A DNA stretch of 35,387 bases from Cyanobacteria bacterium J06635_10 (GCA_039820385.1 JBCBQE010000001.1:1-35387), one strand, 5' to 3'; positions 8,728-20,235 are shown, numbered from the stretch's first letter. The notes: a model not told the origin generated them from the letters alone. Program-made: numbers and translations.

Positions 8728-10986
8728 CTAACCTGTCAAAATAATGTAAGTACCGATCGCGAAAGTAGCTACTGTCAAAATAGCTGACCAAATCGGATGA
8801 GGACTATTGAGTGTTTTACCACTTTGAGTTTTTAGAGCTTGAATATCTAGCCAAGGTGTAGCACCTCGTCGCAACCAGCCGGTAACAGAAACTGTTCTAC
8901 CGATAACATCTTGGGGATTGGCAGACTGCCCCAACCAGGAAATGTGATGTAATTTCACCAAACTATTGCCTACTTGGAGGATTAAGTCTTGTCCTAAATA
9001 GTTGCTGCAACCGCGGCGACCTAATAATTTACCCCTAAATTCTACGGGGGTACTATCTATGGGTAAGGTAGCTGGGTTTGCGAGTAATTCTGGCAAAAAC
9101 TCTGAGGTTTGTACAGTTTCGGTTTTGATATTAGGGAACAAGAAATTGATTCTGATTAAAATACCGATGCTAAAACCGATAAGCATAAAGCCGATGGCAA
9201 ATTGCCAATTGTCGTATATCCACTTGAGGTTAATTAAGTGCAGCGCAAATGCTGCGTGCCAAGCCAGCCAGAAAAACAATGCGAATGCTGTACCAACTAA
9301 AAGGCCTAAAAAAGGAGCAGTTTGTAATAAAAATGACTGGCGCTTCAACTTTAAAGGCTGCTGAGTTTCCAGGTATAATTCTGGCTCAACGTGCCAGTGG
9401 CGGGCTATTTTACACAATCTTTGTAAGCGCTCTCCCATCAAAGGATGGCTGTTATTAATTACAAACCATTGCCGGTAGGGATTAAGATATTCCCACATTA
9501 ATAACGATTCAAAAGTAGTGTTTGGAGCAAGACTACCCAACGATAAACTTTGTTTGTGACTAACTGGCATCAATAGGCTTAAACTTTCCAATTGCCAAGA
9601 TGTTTGTTCTTCCTTGACGATATCGTCAGCAGTACCAATAGCAATTTTGAGTAAAGCGCGAATCAATGCATTGGGGTTTCCGGTGACTTCTGCACCAATT
9701 CGATCGTTTAAATAAGTAAGTCGGCGGGATAACCACAAACCAGTTCCCGTAAGCAAACACCAAATACCATAAACCCCATTACCTCCTATTCCTACAACTG
9801 TACGTCCAATTCGGTTGGAAATATTATCGGCTTGTCCACAAATCAGTTGATACAGTTGATAAACCGGAATTGCGATCGCCATTAGTAAAGACATCACAGT
9901 ACAATCGATACGAGCAATTTGTCCCAATTGACAAGCAAAGATCGCGGCTATTTCATCATCTGCTAATTGTTCTAAAAGTCCCTGACTGACTACAATCCGA
10001 GCAGTGCGGGATAAATTGCCAAAAGTAAATGCAACTGGTGTATTGATGGGTAAAATTCCTAATTTTGGTAAGCTCCTACCCCGCGGTTGACAGTAGCGTT
10101 GGAGTACCCGCAATGCTTCACGAGAATATGTGTTTAAAGTTTCTCTTTCTAAAGTTTTTTTATCGTAAAAATTACGTAGTAGCCAGTCGAGTAACCAAGG
10201 TGAAACAGCTAGTAATATCAAAAATATACCCAGCAGTAAAAAAGTGGGATTGTTGTATAACAACTCTATGGGTTTTAAAAATGGAAGCGCCACTAAAATA
10301 TAGTTGGTTAATGCCATTACTAGCTTCACTAACGCCTGTACCACAAAAAATAAAGTTACGAAGGTTCCAAACCCGAGTAATCGTAAGGGAATAAAATTTC
10401 CTTTTGGTAGGGGTTGCCATACCTTCGCTCTCCCTCCTAACCGCCAATGAATATTCTCGTTTCTATTGTCACGTTTGGTTTTGACTGAATTTACAGATGT
10501 AATGCTAGAGCCGCGAGGTTTTTTTTTCCTTTCTACAGCAGTTTCCTTTATTGGAGTTGCATCTATCGCTTCGGAAGTTAAAAATGATGGAGGTGGTGGA
10601 GGTGGTGGAGGGGTAGATAAAGTATGTAAGTCAGACTCTACTGTTTCGACTTCTTGATGTGGGGATTCAAAGGCAACAAAGCCGGTGGAGTCGGGTTCTG
10701 TATTTTTGTTGATATTTTGTTTTTTAAGTTGCTTTAAAGATTTTTCTGCCCACTGTTGAACTTGAGAACGATCGCTTTGAGTGAGAGATTCACATAATGC
10801 GATCGCCATGGAGATTTCGCCGCTTCTAGAATAAGCTACTACTAAACCAATTTGGGCTTGTAAGCTTTGATGAGCATTATCATCTCTAGCTGCAACATCT
10901 TCTAAGATGATTTTTGCCGTAGGGTAATCTTCTTCTTTAAGGGCAGCTAAGCCAGCCTTCAAAGATGGTTTGGAATCTGAAGACAT
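8728..10986 (-). CDS. M48/HtpX-like membrane metallopeptidase homolog with N-terminal TPR-like region and Pro-rich linker; zinc motif degenerate
   Basis: 752 aa. PVAFTFG...IVVSQGLLEQLADDEIAAIFA, TGNPNALIRALLKI and SHP are M48-like. Several TM segments and a poly-Pro tract. Confidence 0.75.
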   Translation of the reverse strand: MSSDSKPSLKAGLAALKEEDYPTAKIILEDVAARDDNAHQSLQAQIGLVVAYSRSGEISMAIALCESLTQSDRSQVQQWAEKSLKQLKKQNINKNTEPDSTGFVAFESPHQEVETVESDLHTLSTPPPPPPPPSFLTSEAIDATPIKETAVERKKKPRGSSITSVNSVKTKRDNRNENIHWRLGGRAKVWQPLPKGNFIPLRLLGFGTFVTLFFVVQALVKLVMALTNYILVALPFLKPIELLYNNPTFLLLGIFLILLAVSPWLLDWLLRNFYDKKTLERETLNTYSREALRVLQRYCQPRGRSLPKLGILPINTPVAFTFGNLSRTARIVVSQGLLEQLADDEIAAIFACQLGQIARIDCTVMSLLMAIAIPVYQLYQLICGQADNISNRIGRTVVGIGGNGVYGIWCLLTGTGLWLSRRLTYLNDRIGAEVTGNPNALIRALLKIAIGTADDIVKEEQTSWQLESLSLLMPVSHKQSLSLGSLAPNTTFESLLMWEYLNPYRQWFVINNSHPLMGERLQRLCKIARHWHVEPELYLETQQPLKLKRQSFLLQTAPFLGLLVGTAFALFFWLAWHAAFALHLINLKWIYDNWQFAIGFMLIGFSIGILIRINFLFPNIKTETVQTSEFLPELLANPATLPIDSTPVEFRGKLLGRRGCSNYLGQDLILQVGNSLVKLHHISWLGQSANPQDVIGRTVSVTGWLRRGATPWLDIQALKTQSGKTLNSPHPIWSAILTVATFAIGTYIILTG

Positions 10987-11328
10987 AAATATTCTTTCAC
11001 CAAGCGTCTGCTTGAAAATACTTACATTATTGGTTTAATTTTTTAGTTATACAGGTACTGAATATGCTAAAAAAGTATTCTAAAAAAAGGGTTGAGGGAA
11101 TAGGAAATATAGTGAAAAAAATATTTTATTCGGGATAATTTATTCACAGCAAGAGTTTCAGTCTTTTTCGATCCAAATAATCGCGGTCCTATGTACTGAA
11201 AAACCATTTTTATTATCCATGCCATACTACAAATTTAACTTACATAAATTCATAAATACTAAAATGAGTGCCAAACGGGCTATACAGCCCGTTGATGGCA
11301 AGGAAAGCCCTGGGGCAACTGCTGAGTA

Positions 11329-12951
11329 TTAAGAAGTTGATGAGTGTCCAGATACGGGAGCTATAGCATTTAATTTTAATTCCGGATGGTCTTGTTGTAA
11401 TTGATTCGTATTCCATTCATTACGAAATAGTAATACTGGCCTTCCCATACTATCTTTCATGGTGGTGGTGTTAAATAAACGTCCCACTTTATCCAATACT
11501 TCCCAACCGCCTTCTACCCAACGAGCAACGCTGTAAGGCAAGTATTCTAAACGAGTTTCTACACCATACTCGTTTTCCAAACGGTACTGCACCACCTCTA
11601 ACTGTAACTGACCGACTGCGGCCAAAACTGGATCGCGTTTGGATTCATCAACAAAGTACATAATTTGCACCGCTCCTTCTTCGCGCAACTCCGTTACACC
11701 TTTCTGAAACTGCTTAAATTTTGAAGGATTGGGATTTCTGAGAATAGCAAACAACTCCGGTGAAAAATAGGGAATACCCTCATATTCTAATTTTTTACCA
11801 GTGTAGATTGTATCGCCAATTGCAAAAACACCGGGATTATTCAAACCGATCACATCCCCCGGATAAGCTTCATCAATGGATGCTCTTTCTTGAGCAAACA
11901 GTTTTTGCGGACGAGATAAACGCACGTTTTTACCAGTACGGGCGTGGTTAACTGTCATATCTTTTTCAAAACGACCAGTACATACACGGATAAATGCCAC
12001 GCGATCGCGATGTTTGGGATCCATGTTTGCTTGCAGCTTGAACACGAAACCGGAAAAATCTGGGTAAGTCGGAGGGATTACACCCGCGCTACTTTCGTGA
12101 GAACCGGGTTTGAGGGCGTATTGGAGGAAATTCTGGAGAAACAATTCTACACCAAAATTGGTCATCGCAGACCCGAAAAATACCGGAGTCATTTTACCTT
12201 GGTGTATCAACTCCATATCTAATTCTGGCCCTACTCCATCCAAAAGTTCTATATCATTTTTGAGTTGATGATAAAGATCTTGTTCTAAAAGTTCTTCTAT
12301 TTTGGCATCGCCTAAGTCAACTACTGTATTTGCCGCTTCCTTGCTACCGTGGGCGCTTCTTTCAAACAAATGTATTTTTTGTTCTTGACGATCGAACACG
12401 CCTTTAAAGCGATCGCCCATACCAATAGGCCAGTTTACCGCATAAGTCTGTAAGTTTAATTCTTGCTCAATTTCATCCAAAAGTTCTAGAGCTTCTCTTC
12501 CGGGACGATCGAGTTTATTTACAAATGTAAAAATTGGAATACCCCGCATTTTACACACTTCAAATAATTTTCGCGTCTGGGGTTCCAAACCTTTAGCAAC
12601 ATCAATCAACATTACTGCATTATCGGCAGCGCTAAGAGTGCGATATGTATCTTCACTAAAGTCTTGGTGTCCGGGAGTATCTAATAAATTTATTTGACAA
12701 TTTTTGTACTCAAATTGCAACACCGTAGAAGTAATAGAAATACCCCGTTGCTGTTCCATTGCCATCCAGTCAGAAGTTGCTTTTCTTTGCGCCCTTCTAG
12801 CTTTTACCGAACCTGCCTCGTGAATTGCACCTCCGTACAAAAGTAATTTTTCTGTCAGAGTAGTTTTACCAGCATCCGGGTGAGAAATAATGGCAAAATT
12901 GCGACGACGTTCAACTTCTTCGTAAATTTCCTTCTCAAGTTCAGTTGACAT
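11329..12951 (-). CDS. prfC: Peptide chain release factor 3
   Basis: [40 protein letters not shown] and NKLD; 540 aa. Confidence 0.97.
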   Translation of the reverse strand: MSTELEKEIYEEVERRRNFAIISHPDAGKTTLTEKLLLYGGAIHEAGSVKARRAQRKATSDWMAMEQQRGISITSTVLQFEYKNCQINLLDTPGHQDFSEDTYRTLSAADNAVMLIDVAKGLEPQTRKLFEVCKMRGIPIFTFVNKLDRPGREALELLDEIEQELNLQTYAVNWPIGMGDRFKGVFDRQEQKIHLFERSAHGSKEAANTVVDLGDAKIEELLEQDLYHQLKNDIELLDGVGPELDMELIHQGKMTPVFFGSAMTNFGVELFLQNFLQYALKPGSHESSAGVIPPTYPDFSGFVFKLQANMDPKHRDRVAFIRVCTGRFEKDMTVNHARTGKNVRLSRPQKLFAQERASIDEAYPGDVIGLNNPGVFAIGDTIYTGKKLEYEGIPYFSPELFAILRNPNPSKFKQFQKGVTELREEGAVQIMYFVDESKRDPVLAAVGQLQLEVVQYRLENEYGVETRLEYLPYSVARWVEGGWEVLDKVGRLFNTTTMKDSMGRPVLLFRNEWNTNQLQQDHPELKLNAIAPVSGHSSTS

Positions 12952-13086
12952 AAGGTATTTGTTTGATTGTATTCTAACTAAAACTTAGGTTTTTCGAGTT
13001 AAGCGCGAGTCTTTTAATCTTAAGACAACCACCAAGGTCATAAGTTCGTTATATAATCCAAAAGCTCGACATCAGGGGAGTAAAAA

Positions 13087-13428
13087 ATGTACGACACAGA
13101 CAGTAGAAAGCTTTTATCAGCACTGTCTCACGGAGCAATTTTTTTAAGCTCTACAGTTATATCTATTGCCGTTCCCATTTTTATACTTTTTACCACTGAA
13201 GATCCAGTAGTAAAGGGAAACGCCAAAGAAGCCATCAATTTCCATTTAAATGTTTGGCTCTGTGGATTTATTATCGGAGTGCTGGTTTGGCTTACTCTTG
13301 GCTTGCTGGTACCTTTAGGAGGTGTATGGTTCGTCGTCCATTGGGGACTCACTATTTGGGCGCTTTTTCACGTTTTAGGAGAATCGGATAAACCTTTTCG
13401 TTATCCCTTCATATTTAGAATCGTTTAG
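13087..13428 (+). CDS. DUF4870 / Tic20-like small membrane protein
   Basis: LLSALSH...NAKEAINF...FRYP pattern, three hydrophobic segments, GGGGAG RBS. Confidence 0.75.
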   Translation: MYDTDSRKLLSALSHGAIFLSSTVISIAVPIFILFTTEDPVVKGNAKEAINFHLNVWLCGFIIGVLVWLTLGLLVPLGGVWFVVHWGLTIWALFHVLGESDKPFRYPFIFRIV

Positions 13429-14097
13429 CAAAACTGCTTGGGTATCGAAGGGACAGGCGTTAGTCATTATTTTCAAGTAGCTTAAAAAATTACGATTGTC
13501 ACTTGTATCACTCACACTTCATTTTTTTCAGGACGTTGCTCTACCTTCTACAAAATCTCGGTATTCATAAGGTAACGTCTTCTTTACTTTATAAAAAATA
13601 TTTTTTTAGATTGCTTTTGAAGTTCTCTTTATCCAATGCATACAAATCGACATATGACAAGCAAATAAACCAAAATATATTACAGCTTGGATGAAATTTT
13701 TGCGTTAGCTATGAATACATAGTTATATATAATTTTATTTATTTACTATTTATGTTTTGATTTTCTCAAAGGTCGTAATTTAGACAATTATTAATCGCAA
13801 TATTACAAGTTATTACAATTGATTGACCAAATAATTATCCACTCCGATGAAAAGAAATTTATTCGATATATTTTCACAGTTATTTAAATAATATTTTCAC
13901 GTACAACTTTTCCGAGCTTTTATAAGATACATATACAGCTAGCGGTAAAATACAAAATTGCCCCACAGCTTTGCAGACAGTAGGGCATAGGACAGTTAAG
14001 CGCTGTTTTTAGTTTGTCCTTTTCAAGTTAAACTTTGCCGTCAGTTTGTGACGCTTTGAGTTGTGTCCATGAAAGTTTTATTCAGTATATAAAAACT

Positions 14098-14385
14098 ATG
14101 TTTCCAACTCATCGTCCCCGTCGTCTACGTAGCCATCCTCAATTGCGCCGGATGGTAAGTGAAACAGTATTGACTACAAACGATTTAATTTATCCATTAT
14201 TTGCTGTACCAGGTGAAAGTGTAGCTAACGAAGTCAAAGTGGCTTCTAATCTACCAGTTGCCGCTTACAACGTTTTCGGCGAATATTCAATGATTAAGGC
14301 AGCAGCCCTAATTAGCTTTAAACGCGCTGGTGCGGATTTGATTTTAACTTATTATGCTAAAGACGCAGCACGATGGATAGCATAA
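14098..14385 (+). pseudogene. hemB: Porphobilinogen synthase remnant with two in-frame internal deletions (95 aa)
   Basis: HemB N-terminus ([11 protein letters not shown]...DLIYPLF) is joined directly to C-terminal motifs [19 protein letters not shown] and [12 protein letters not shown]. The catalytic core is absent. Confidence 0.9.
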
Positions 14386-14777
14386 GTTAGAAACAAGGGA
14401 AGGATTAAATATTATCAAAAATCACGTCTCGATGTAAACTTTTATGTCGAGACTATTCTATAAATGCTTAGTATTTACGCACTAGTAATCTAGAAATAGA
14501 AACTTTGGCGAATCGCAATTGCCAGATTAATAAGCTTTAGCTGAAGAAAAATCAGCAATTATGCTCATAACTGCATTTCATACATCTACCTTTTTACAGA
14601 AATTAAATATAAAAAACTTGTAGAAAATAGTCAAACATTGCATTATGGTTAGATTGCCATACGGGTATACAATAGCTTATAAAATAAAGTAGTTAACAAA
14701 TCATTTTCAGTTGGCATTTTTACGTCAATTGATTTAATAAATCCAATTAATGAGTTTAAAAAAGGGAGCATTGCGAT

Positions 14778-15122
14778 ATGGATATGCAAGTCCTGAGAGA
14801 ACGTGCTGGACTCAGCCGTGCAGAGGTAGCCTTCAGGCTTGCAATCAGTGAGACAAGCGTTCGCAACTGGGAAGCAGGGCGAACTGAACCAACTATGACA
14901 CCGAAAAAATACTGGGATGCGTTACGCCTGTTTAAATGTACGCCAGAAGAGTTGGCACAAGCAAGCGAAAAATCAATTAATCAAAGGCATAAGCGTAAAC
15001 CAGGAAGGCCAAGAAGGTACCCAGAAAATCAACTTCCTACAGTTTCTGGAACAGGTGAGTCTGAGAAGAGCGTAACTCAAGTTAGTACTCTAGACGATTC
15101 AACAGTTTATTTTAATCACTAA
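14778..15122 (+). CDS. XRE-family HTH transcriptional regulator with AT-hook-like motif
   Basis: LRERAGLSRAEVAFRLAISETSVRNWEAGRTEP is an HTH_3 pattern, followed by KRKPGRPRR. AGGGAG RBS. Confidence 0.85.
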   Translation: MDMQVLRERAGLSRAEVAFRLAISETSVRNWEAGRTEPTMTPKKYWDALRLFKCTPEELAQASEKSINQRHKRKPGRPRRYPENQLPTVSGTGESEKSVTQVSTLDDSTVYFNH

Positions 15123-15308
15123 ACTGTATAGTTAGGCGGACGGAAACTGGTACTTTTACAAGAAAGTTTTACTTATTATTGTTTGTGAAAGAAATAATAT
15201 AAAGATTAGTTTACTACCTCCTATATTTACCGTATTTAGTGTAATAACCTGCCAAGCATGGCTTTTATTGTTGGCGACAAAACTACTCTGATTGCAATTT
15301 CAAATTAT

Positions 15309-15354
15309 CTCCAGCCTTTTAGTTTTAAAAATACTTAGGGCGCTGGAGTTTTTT
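15309..15354 (+). terminator. Intrinsic terminator
   Basis: CTCCAGC...GCTGGAG followed by TTTTTT. Confidence 0.5.
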
Positions 15355-15852
15355 GATTTTTTGATTGTTTAGCCACAAAAAAAGTAAAGTTGGTGGATTA
15401 CTTGAGATTTTTTTTGCTGCAACGCTCAGATTGCGATTGCTTCAAGTTTGAGATTAATGCCGAGCTACTAACGATACAAATTTTTTAAAAATGCAGGCTT
15501 GAATCTAATAGTAATCTGTTTAGATTACCATTTTTGAAAAGGTGGTGTTATTAGTAGCTTGGCATTTACGATCTCCAAGAGGGCGATCGGTAGTATTTGT
15601 GCTTGAAGGAAGCGACTAAAACTGGTATGCATGTTGTGCAACATGTAAAGTTAATGCTGGTTTGAGGTTAAACTATAACCTTCTACAGAGAAAAAATTCT
15701 ATACTTCAAAACGGTGCAGTAATTTTTTATTTACTCGGGAGAAGTTTGGCATTCTTATACAACTCGTGCTGTATTGACCGTATTTTTTTACGGAGACGCG
15801 ATAAGATTCACTCAACAATATTTGTAAATTTTGATTGGTAAATTTTGGTCTA

Positions 15853-16836
15853 ATGGCAGAAACACTATTTTTCAATGCTTTACGGGAAGCCACTGACGAA
15901 GAAATGGCGCGCGATAAAACCGTTATGGTACTTGGTGAAGATGTAGGACATTATGGTGGTTCCTACAAAGTTACTAAAGATTTATACAAAAAATATGGCG
16001 AACTGAGAGTATTAGATACACCTATTGCCGAAAATAGTTTTACAGGATTGGCTATTGGTGCTGCAATGACCGGCTTAAGACCGATAATTGAAGGCATGAA
16101 CATGGGCTTTTTGTTGCTAGCCTTCAACCAAATATCCAATAATGCTGGGATGTTACGCTACACTTCCGGCGGTAATTTTAAAATTCCTTTAGTAATTAGA
16201 GGCCCCGGTGGAGTTGGAAGACAACTAGGTGCAGAACATTCACAACGTTTAGAAGCTTATTTTCAAGCTGTACCGGGATTAAAAATTGTCGCTTGTTCCA
16301 CACCTTACAATGCCAAAGGTTTATTAAAATCAGCTATTCGGGATGATAATCCAGTATTGTTCTTTGAACACGTACTGCTTTATAACTTAAAAGAAGATTT
16401 ACCAGAAGAAGAATATCTGTTGCCATTAGATAAAGCAGAGATTGTGCGTAGCGGTAAAGATGTGACAATCATTACTTACTCGCGAATGCGCCATCATGTG
16501 ATGCAAGCCGTGAAGACTTTAGAAAAAGATGGTTTCGACCCAGAGGTGATTGATTTAATTTCTTTAAAACCTTTAGATTTTGATACCATTAGTGAATCTA
16601 TACGCAAAACTCACCGAGTCATAATTGTTGAAGAATGTATGAGAACTGGGGGTGTAGCGGCAGAAATTATTGCTTCAATCAACGAGCGCTTATTTGATGA
16701 ATTAGATGCGCCGGTGCTGCGACTTTCTTCCCAGGATATTCCCACACCTTACAACGGTAGCTTGGAACGATTGACCATTGTTCAACCAGAGCAAATTATC
16801 GAAGCAGTAGAAAAAATGGTTACTGCAAGGGTTTAA
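15853..16836 (+). CDS. pdhB: Pyruvate dehydrogenase E1 beta subunit
   Basis: [13 protein letters not shown]..., [20 protein letters not shown] and LGAEHSQ. ATG at 15853 preferred over the upstream TTG. Confidence 0.95.
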   Translation: MAETLFFNALREATDEEMARDKTVMVLGEDVGHYGGSYKVTKDLYKKYGELRVLDTPIAENSFTGLAIGAAMTGLRPIIEGMNMGFLLLAFNQISNNAGMLRYTSGGNFKIPLVIRGPGGVGRQLGAEHSQRLEAYFQAVPGLKIVACSTPYNAKGLLKSAIRDDNPVLFFEHVLLYNLKEDLPEEEYLLPLDKAEIVRSGKDVTIITYSRMRHHVMQAVKTLEKDGFDPEVIDLISLKPLDFDTISESIRKTHRVIIVEECMRTGGVAAEIIASINERLFDELDAPVLRLSSQDIPTPYNGSLERLTIVQPEQIIEAVEKMVTARV

Positions 16837-16868
16837 AACAATGGGTATGGGCATAGCGGAGCGGAGTT

Positions 16869-16950
16869 GTAGAGACGTAGCAGTGCTACGTCTGTGCAGG
16901 AGTTAGAAGTAAGAATTTCTCCCCATCTCCCCATCTCCCCATGCCCTATG
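16869..16950. repeat. GTAGAGACG-type palindrome followed by CCCCATCT short tandem repeats
   Basis: AGACGTAGCA-G-TGCTACGTCT (16873-16893), then CCCCATCT x2 and CCCCATGC from 16921. Confidence 0.8.
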
Positions 16951-17035
16951 CCCAAACAATAGTACAATTAATAGCTCTTAACTCATAACTTAAATAAACG
17001 CTATTATAGCCTTTGTCGCGCCTCACGGGGATGGT

Positions 17036-18466
17036 ATGCCAAAACAACAACAGCAATTGCTATTAGGTTTAATTTCTATTCTGGTGATTGCCGCAGTGAC
17101 GGTAATTGCTACAATTCCGGTGCCTTTGGGGCTAGATTTACGAGGAGGTTCGCAACTAACTATTCAGGTTAATACGACTCCAGAAATTACACAAATAGGC
17201 GAACGTGAATTGGAAGCAGTACAAACAGTACTCGGCAATAGAGTCAATGGATTGGGAGTTTCCGAACCCGTTATTCAAACCGCAGGAACTGATAAAATTT
17301 TGATTCAGCTTCCTGGAGTTGATAATCCAGAACAAGCCGAACGAGTTTTGGGTGGTACGGCACAATTAGAGTTTATGACTCAAAAGCAGAACACAGAAGC
17401 TCAACTTTTTGCTTTACGAGCTAATCGCGACCAACTCAAAGCCAGACTTGAAGAGTTACGTTCGACTGAAGATAAAGATAAAGCTGCAATTGAAAAAAAT
17501 CAACAAGAACTTAAAACAAATCAAGAGGCGATCGCCGAATTATTTGCAAGTGTAGATCCGCCGCTTACGGGTAAATTTTTAACTAATGCCACCCCTTATA
17601 GCCCCCAACAAGGTGCGGGTAGTTGGGCTGTAGGGCTCCAGTTTAATCAAGAAGGTGGCAGACTTTTTGCCGATTTAACTAAAAATCTGGCAGGTACTGG
17701 CCGCAGTATTGGTATTTTTCTTGATAATGAATTAATCAGCGCTGCTTCTGTAGCAATCACCTATGCGAACACGGGAATTACTGGTGGTAGTGCTGAAATT
17801 TCCGGCAATTTTACAGCCCAGGATGCTCAAGACTTAGCGGTGCAGTTGCGCGGTGGTTCGTTACCAGTTCCTATAGAAATTGTGGAAAATCGTACAGTCG
17901 GTGCCACATTAGGTAGAGACAGCATCCAACGCAGTATTTATGCAGCTGTTGGTGGTTTGATTTTAGTATTAATATTTATGGTGGTTTACTACAGACTACC
18001 GGGAATCATTGCTGATTTAGCTTTGATAATTTATGCCCTTTTGACTTGGGCTTGTTTCGCTTTGCTTGGCGTAACTTTAACCCTACCCGGTATTGCCGGT
18101 TTTATCCTCAGTATTGGGATGGCCGTTGATGCGAATGTGCTAATTTTTGAACGCACCCGAGAAGAATTACGGTCTGGTAAATCACTTTATCGTTCTGTTG
18201 AATCTGGTTTTTTCCGAGCATGGTCTAGTATTTTAGATAGTAATATTACAACACTAATTGCCTGCGCAGCGCTGTTTTGGTTAGGATTTGGCTTAGTCAA
18301 AGGCTTTGCCGTAACTTTGGCTGTAGGGGTAGCAGTTAGTATGTTTACAGCAGTAACTTGTAGCCGCACCTTAATGTTTATAGCAATCAGAATTGATTCA
18401 ATACGCAAGCCAGAACTTTTCTGCCCCAGCCTGCCAACTTCAAATAAGACACAGGTGGCGAAATGA
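17036..18466 (+). CDS. secD: Protein translocase subunit SecD
   Basis: [19 protein letters not shown] and [13 protein letters not shown]. Confidence 0.96.
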   Translation: MPKQQQQLLLGLISILVIAAVTVIATIPVPLGLDLRGGSQLTIQVNTTPEITQIGERELEAVQTVLGNRVNGLGVSEPVIQTAGTDKILIQLPGVDNPEQAERVLGGTAQLEFMTQKQNTEAQLFALRANRDQLKARLEELRSTEDKDKAAIEKNQQELKTNQEAIAELFASVDPPLTGKFLTNATPYSPQQGAGSWAVGLQFNQEGGRLFADLTKNLAGTGRSIGIFLDNELISAASVAITYANTGITGGSAEISGNFTAQDAQDLAVQLRGGSLPVPIEIVENRTVGATLGRDSIQRSIYAAVGGLILVLIFMVVYYRLPGIIADLALIIYALLTWACFALLGVTLTLPGIAGFILSIGMAVDANVLIFERTREELRSGKSLYRSVESGFFRAWSSILDSNITTLIACAALFWLGFGLVKGFAVTLAVGVAVSMFTAVTCSRTLMFIAIRIDSIRKPELFCPSLPTSNKTQVAK

Positions 18467-19440
18467 AAATTAGTGTTAATAAATCGCGAACTTTGTGGTG
18501 GGCTGTTTCTGGTGCTATTATCTTAGCTGGCATCATCTCCATGGTGATTTCTTGGCAAAGTGAGATTGGTGCACCACTACGTCCTAGTTTAGATTTTATC
18601 GGCGGTACGCGGCTACAGTTTGAACGAGATTGTAGCTTGCCAAATAACTGCGATGAAGAAATTGATATCAACCTAGTCCGAGAAGTTGCCACATCACAGG
18701 AATTAGCCGATAGCAGCATCCAGTTAATCGCCGATAGAGAAACTGGCAAAAAAAACGGCGTATTGATTCGGACTAAAGAATTAAAAGTTGAAAAGCGCAC
18801 CCAGTTGGAAAGTGCTTTAAGTGAAAAAATCGGTACTTTCGATCCGGCAAAAAAGCAAATTGATACTGTCGGACCAACATTAGGTAGACAATTATTTAAT
18901 ACCGGCATCACTGCCTTGATTGTGGCATTCTCAGGTATTGTAATTTACCTATCGATTCGATTCCAGTTGGACTACGCAGTATTTGCTATTGTTGCCACTT
19001 TTCACGACATCTTAATGACAACGGGGATTTTCTCGATATTCGGGTTGTTATTTGGTCTAGAAGTAGATAGCTTATTTATTGTTGCATTACTTACCATTAC
19101 CGGTTTCTCAGTTAACGATACTGTAGTAATTTACGACCGCATCCGCGAAACTCTCAAAGTAAATCCCGACAGTCCCATAGTTGAAATTGTAGACAATGCA
19201 GTCAATCAAACCTTAGCGCGGTCAATAAATACCACACTGACAACTTTACTATCATTAATTGCAATCTTTCTATTTGGTGGTGAAACCCTCAAAAACTTTG
19301 CTTTAGCCCTAATTATTGGTTTTACTGCTGGAGCATATTCCAGTATTTTCATCGCCAGCACCCTACTAGCTTGGTGGCGCGAGCGTCAAGAAACATCCAA
19401 GCCTCCTGGTAACAGCGAACAATTAACAGCCAACAGTTAG
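18463..19440 (+). CDS. secF: Protein translocase subunit SecF
   Basis: [14 protein letters not shown] and [16 protein letters not shown]. 4-bp ATGA overlap with secD. Confidence 0.96.
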   Translation: MKISVNKSRTLWWAVSGAIILAGIISMVISWQSEIGAPLRPSLDFIGGTRLQFERDCSLPNNCDEEIDINLVREVATSQELADSSIQLIADRETGKKNGVLIRTKELKVEKRTQLESALSEKIGTFDPAKKQIDTVGPTLGRQLFNTGITALIVAFSGIVIYLSIRFQLDYAVFAIVATFHDILMTTGIFSIFGLLFGLEVDSLFIVALLTITGFSVNDTVVIYDRIRETLKVNPDSPIVEIVDNAVNQTLARSINTTLTTLLSLIAIFLFGGETLKNFALALIIGFTAGAYSSIFIASTLLAWWRERQETSKPPGNSEQLTANS

Positions 19441-19576
19441 AAGTTAGAAGTTAGGAGTTATGAGTTAGGAGTTAAAAGTAAGAATTACTACCTTGGAAGC
19501 TAATCGATTAACTATAAAAATTTCTCCCCCTCTCCCCATCTCCCCCTCTCCCTCTCTCCTCCATCTCCCCCCATCC
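19435..19576. repeat. STRR-type heptamer array (AGTTAGR, 7 units) and TCTCCCC[AC] octamer array
   Basis: AGTTAGA AGTTAGA AGTTAGG AGTTATG AGTTAGG AGTTAAA AGTAAGA (19435-19483) and TCTCCCCC/TCTCCCCA units at about 19523-19576. Confidence 0.85.
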
Positions 19577-19586
19577 CTAATTCCCA

Positions 19587-20000
19587 ATGCTTATGGCTCA
19601 AATAGAACAACCGTCATCTGATTCCTCTTTTATTCGGCAGGTGGAAAAACTGCATAGGCTTACGGTTTACGTTAGATGGTTGCTAGTTGTATTTCTATGG
19701 CTAACATTAGCTCCTTTGTGTTTGTGGGATTTACGTACAGAAATTGAGTTGTGGCAAGAGTATTTTACTTGGTCTGCGGTGCGATATGGTCTACTATTTC
19801 ATCCTTTTGCTGCTCTTGGACTCAGTTTATGTATTGCTATGACTCTTAGTGTTTTAATTTGGCAAAGTCGTAATATATTAGTTGGGATGCCGGCTTCAGA
19901 AAAGCAGCGCTTAGAAAAGCAGGTTTATCGCATCCGCCAACAAGGTTCTTCTCATCCTTTATGGAAATGGATTTGTGATGAGCAGCTTACCTCCTCCTAA
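19587..20000 (+). CDS. Hypothetical membrane protein
   Basis: 137 aa, two hydrophobic segments, C-terminal IRQQGSSHPLW, co-oriented with secDF. Confidence 0.7.
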   Translation: MLMAQIEQPSSDSSFIRQVEKLHRLTVYVRWLLVVFLWLTLAPLCLWDLRTEIELWQEYFTWSAVRYGLLFHPFAALGLSLCIAMTLSVLIWQSRNILVGMPASEKQRLEKQVYRIRQQGSSHPLWKWICDEQLTSS

Positions 20001-20090
20001 AATGCTCTCAAAAATAAAATATTTATTCTTTACAATATATTAATTTTTTTATATTTTTTTAGATAACTTGTAACATTTGTGTTTTACAAT

Positions 20091-20184
20091 TAGGACTTAC
20101 GCGGAAAGAGAGAAAAATATCGTGTTCCAGATTTTTATATATCTCCAGCCCCCCGATTTTTTGGGGGGCTTTGCGTAAGTCATA
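20091..20184. mobile_element. MITE with TAGGACTTACGC terminal inverted repeats
   Basis: TAGGACTTACGC (20091-20102) / GCGTAAGTCATA (20173-20184), with internal hairpin AGCCCCCC...GGGGGGCT. Confidence 0.7.
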
Positions 20185-20235
20185 AAAAGGTTGGTATATC
20201 TACAAAAACAATACTTTTATCTGGGTAACGTAAAG

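Noticed and set aside
14035-14097. TTG-started N-terminal extension of the hemB ORF
   Set aside because: HemB similarity starts at ATG 14098.
16948-16962. ATGCCCAAACAATAG mimicking the secD start (ATGCCAAAACAA)
   Set aside because: It arises at the end of the CCCCATG repeat array and is too short to distinguish from chance.
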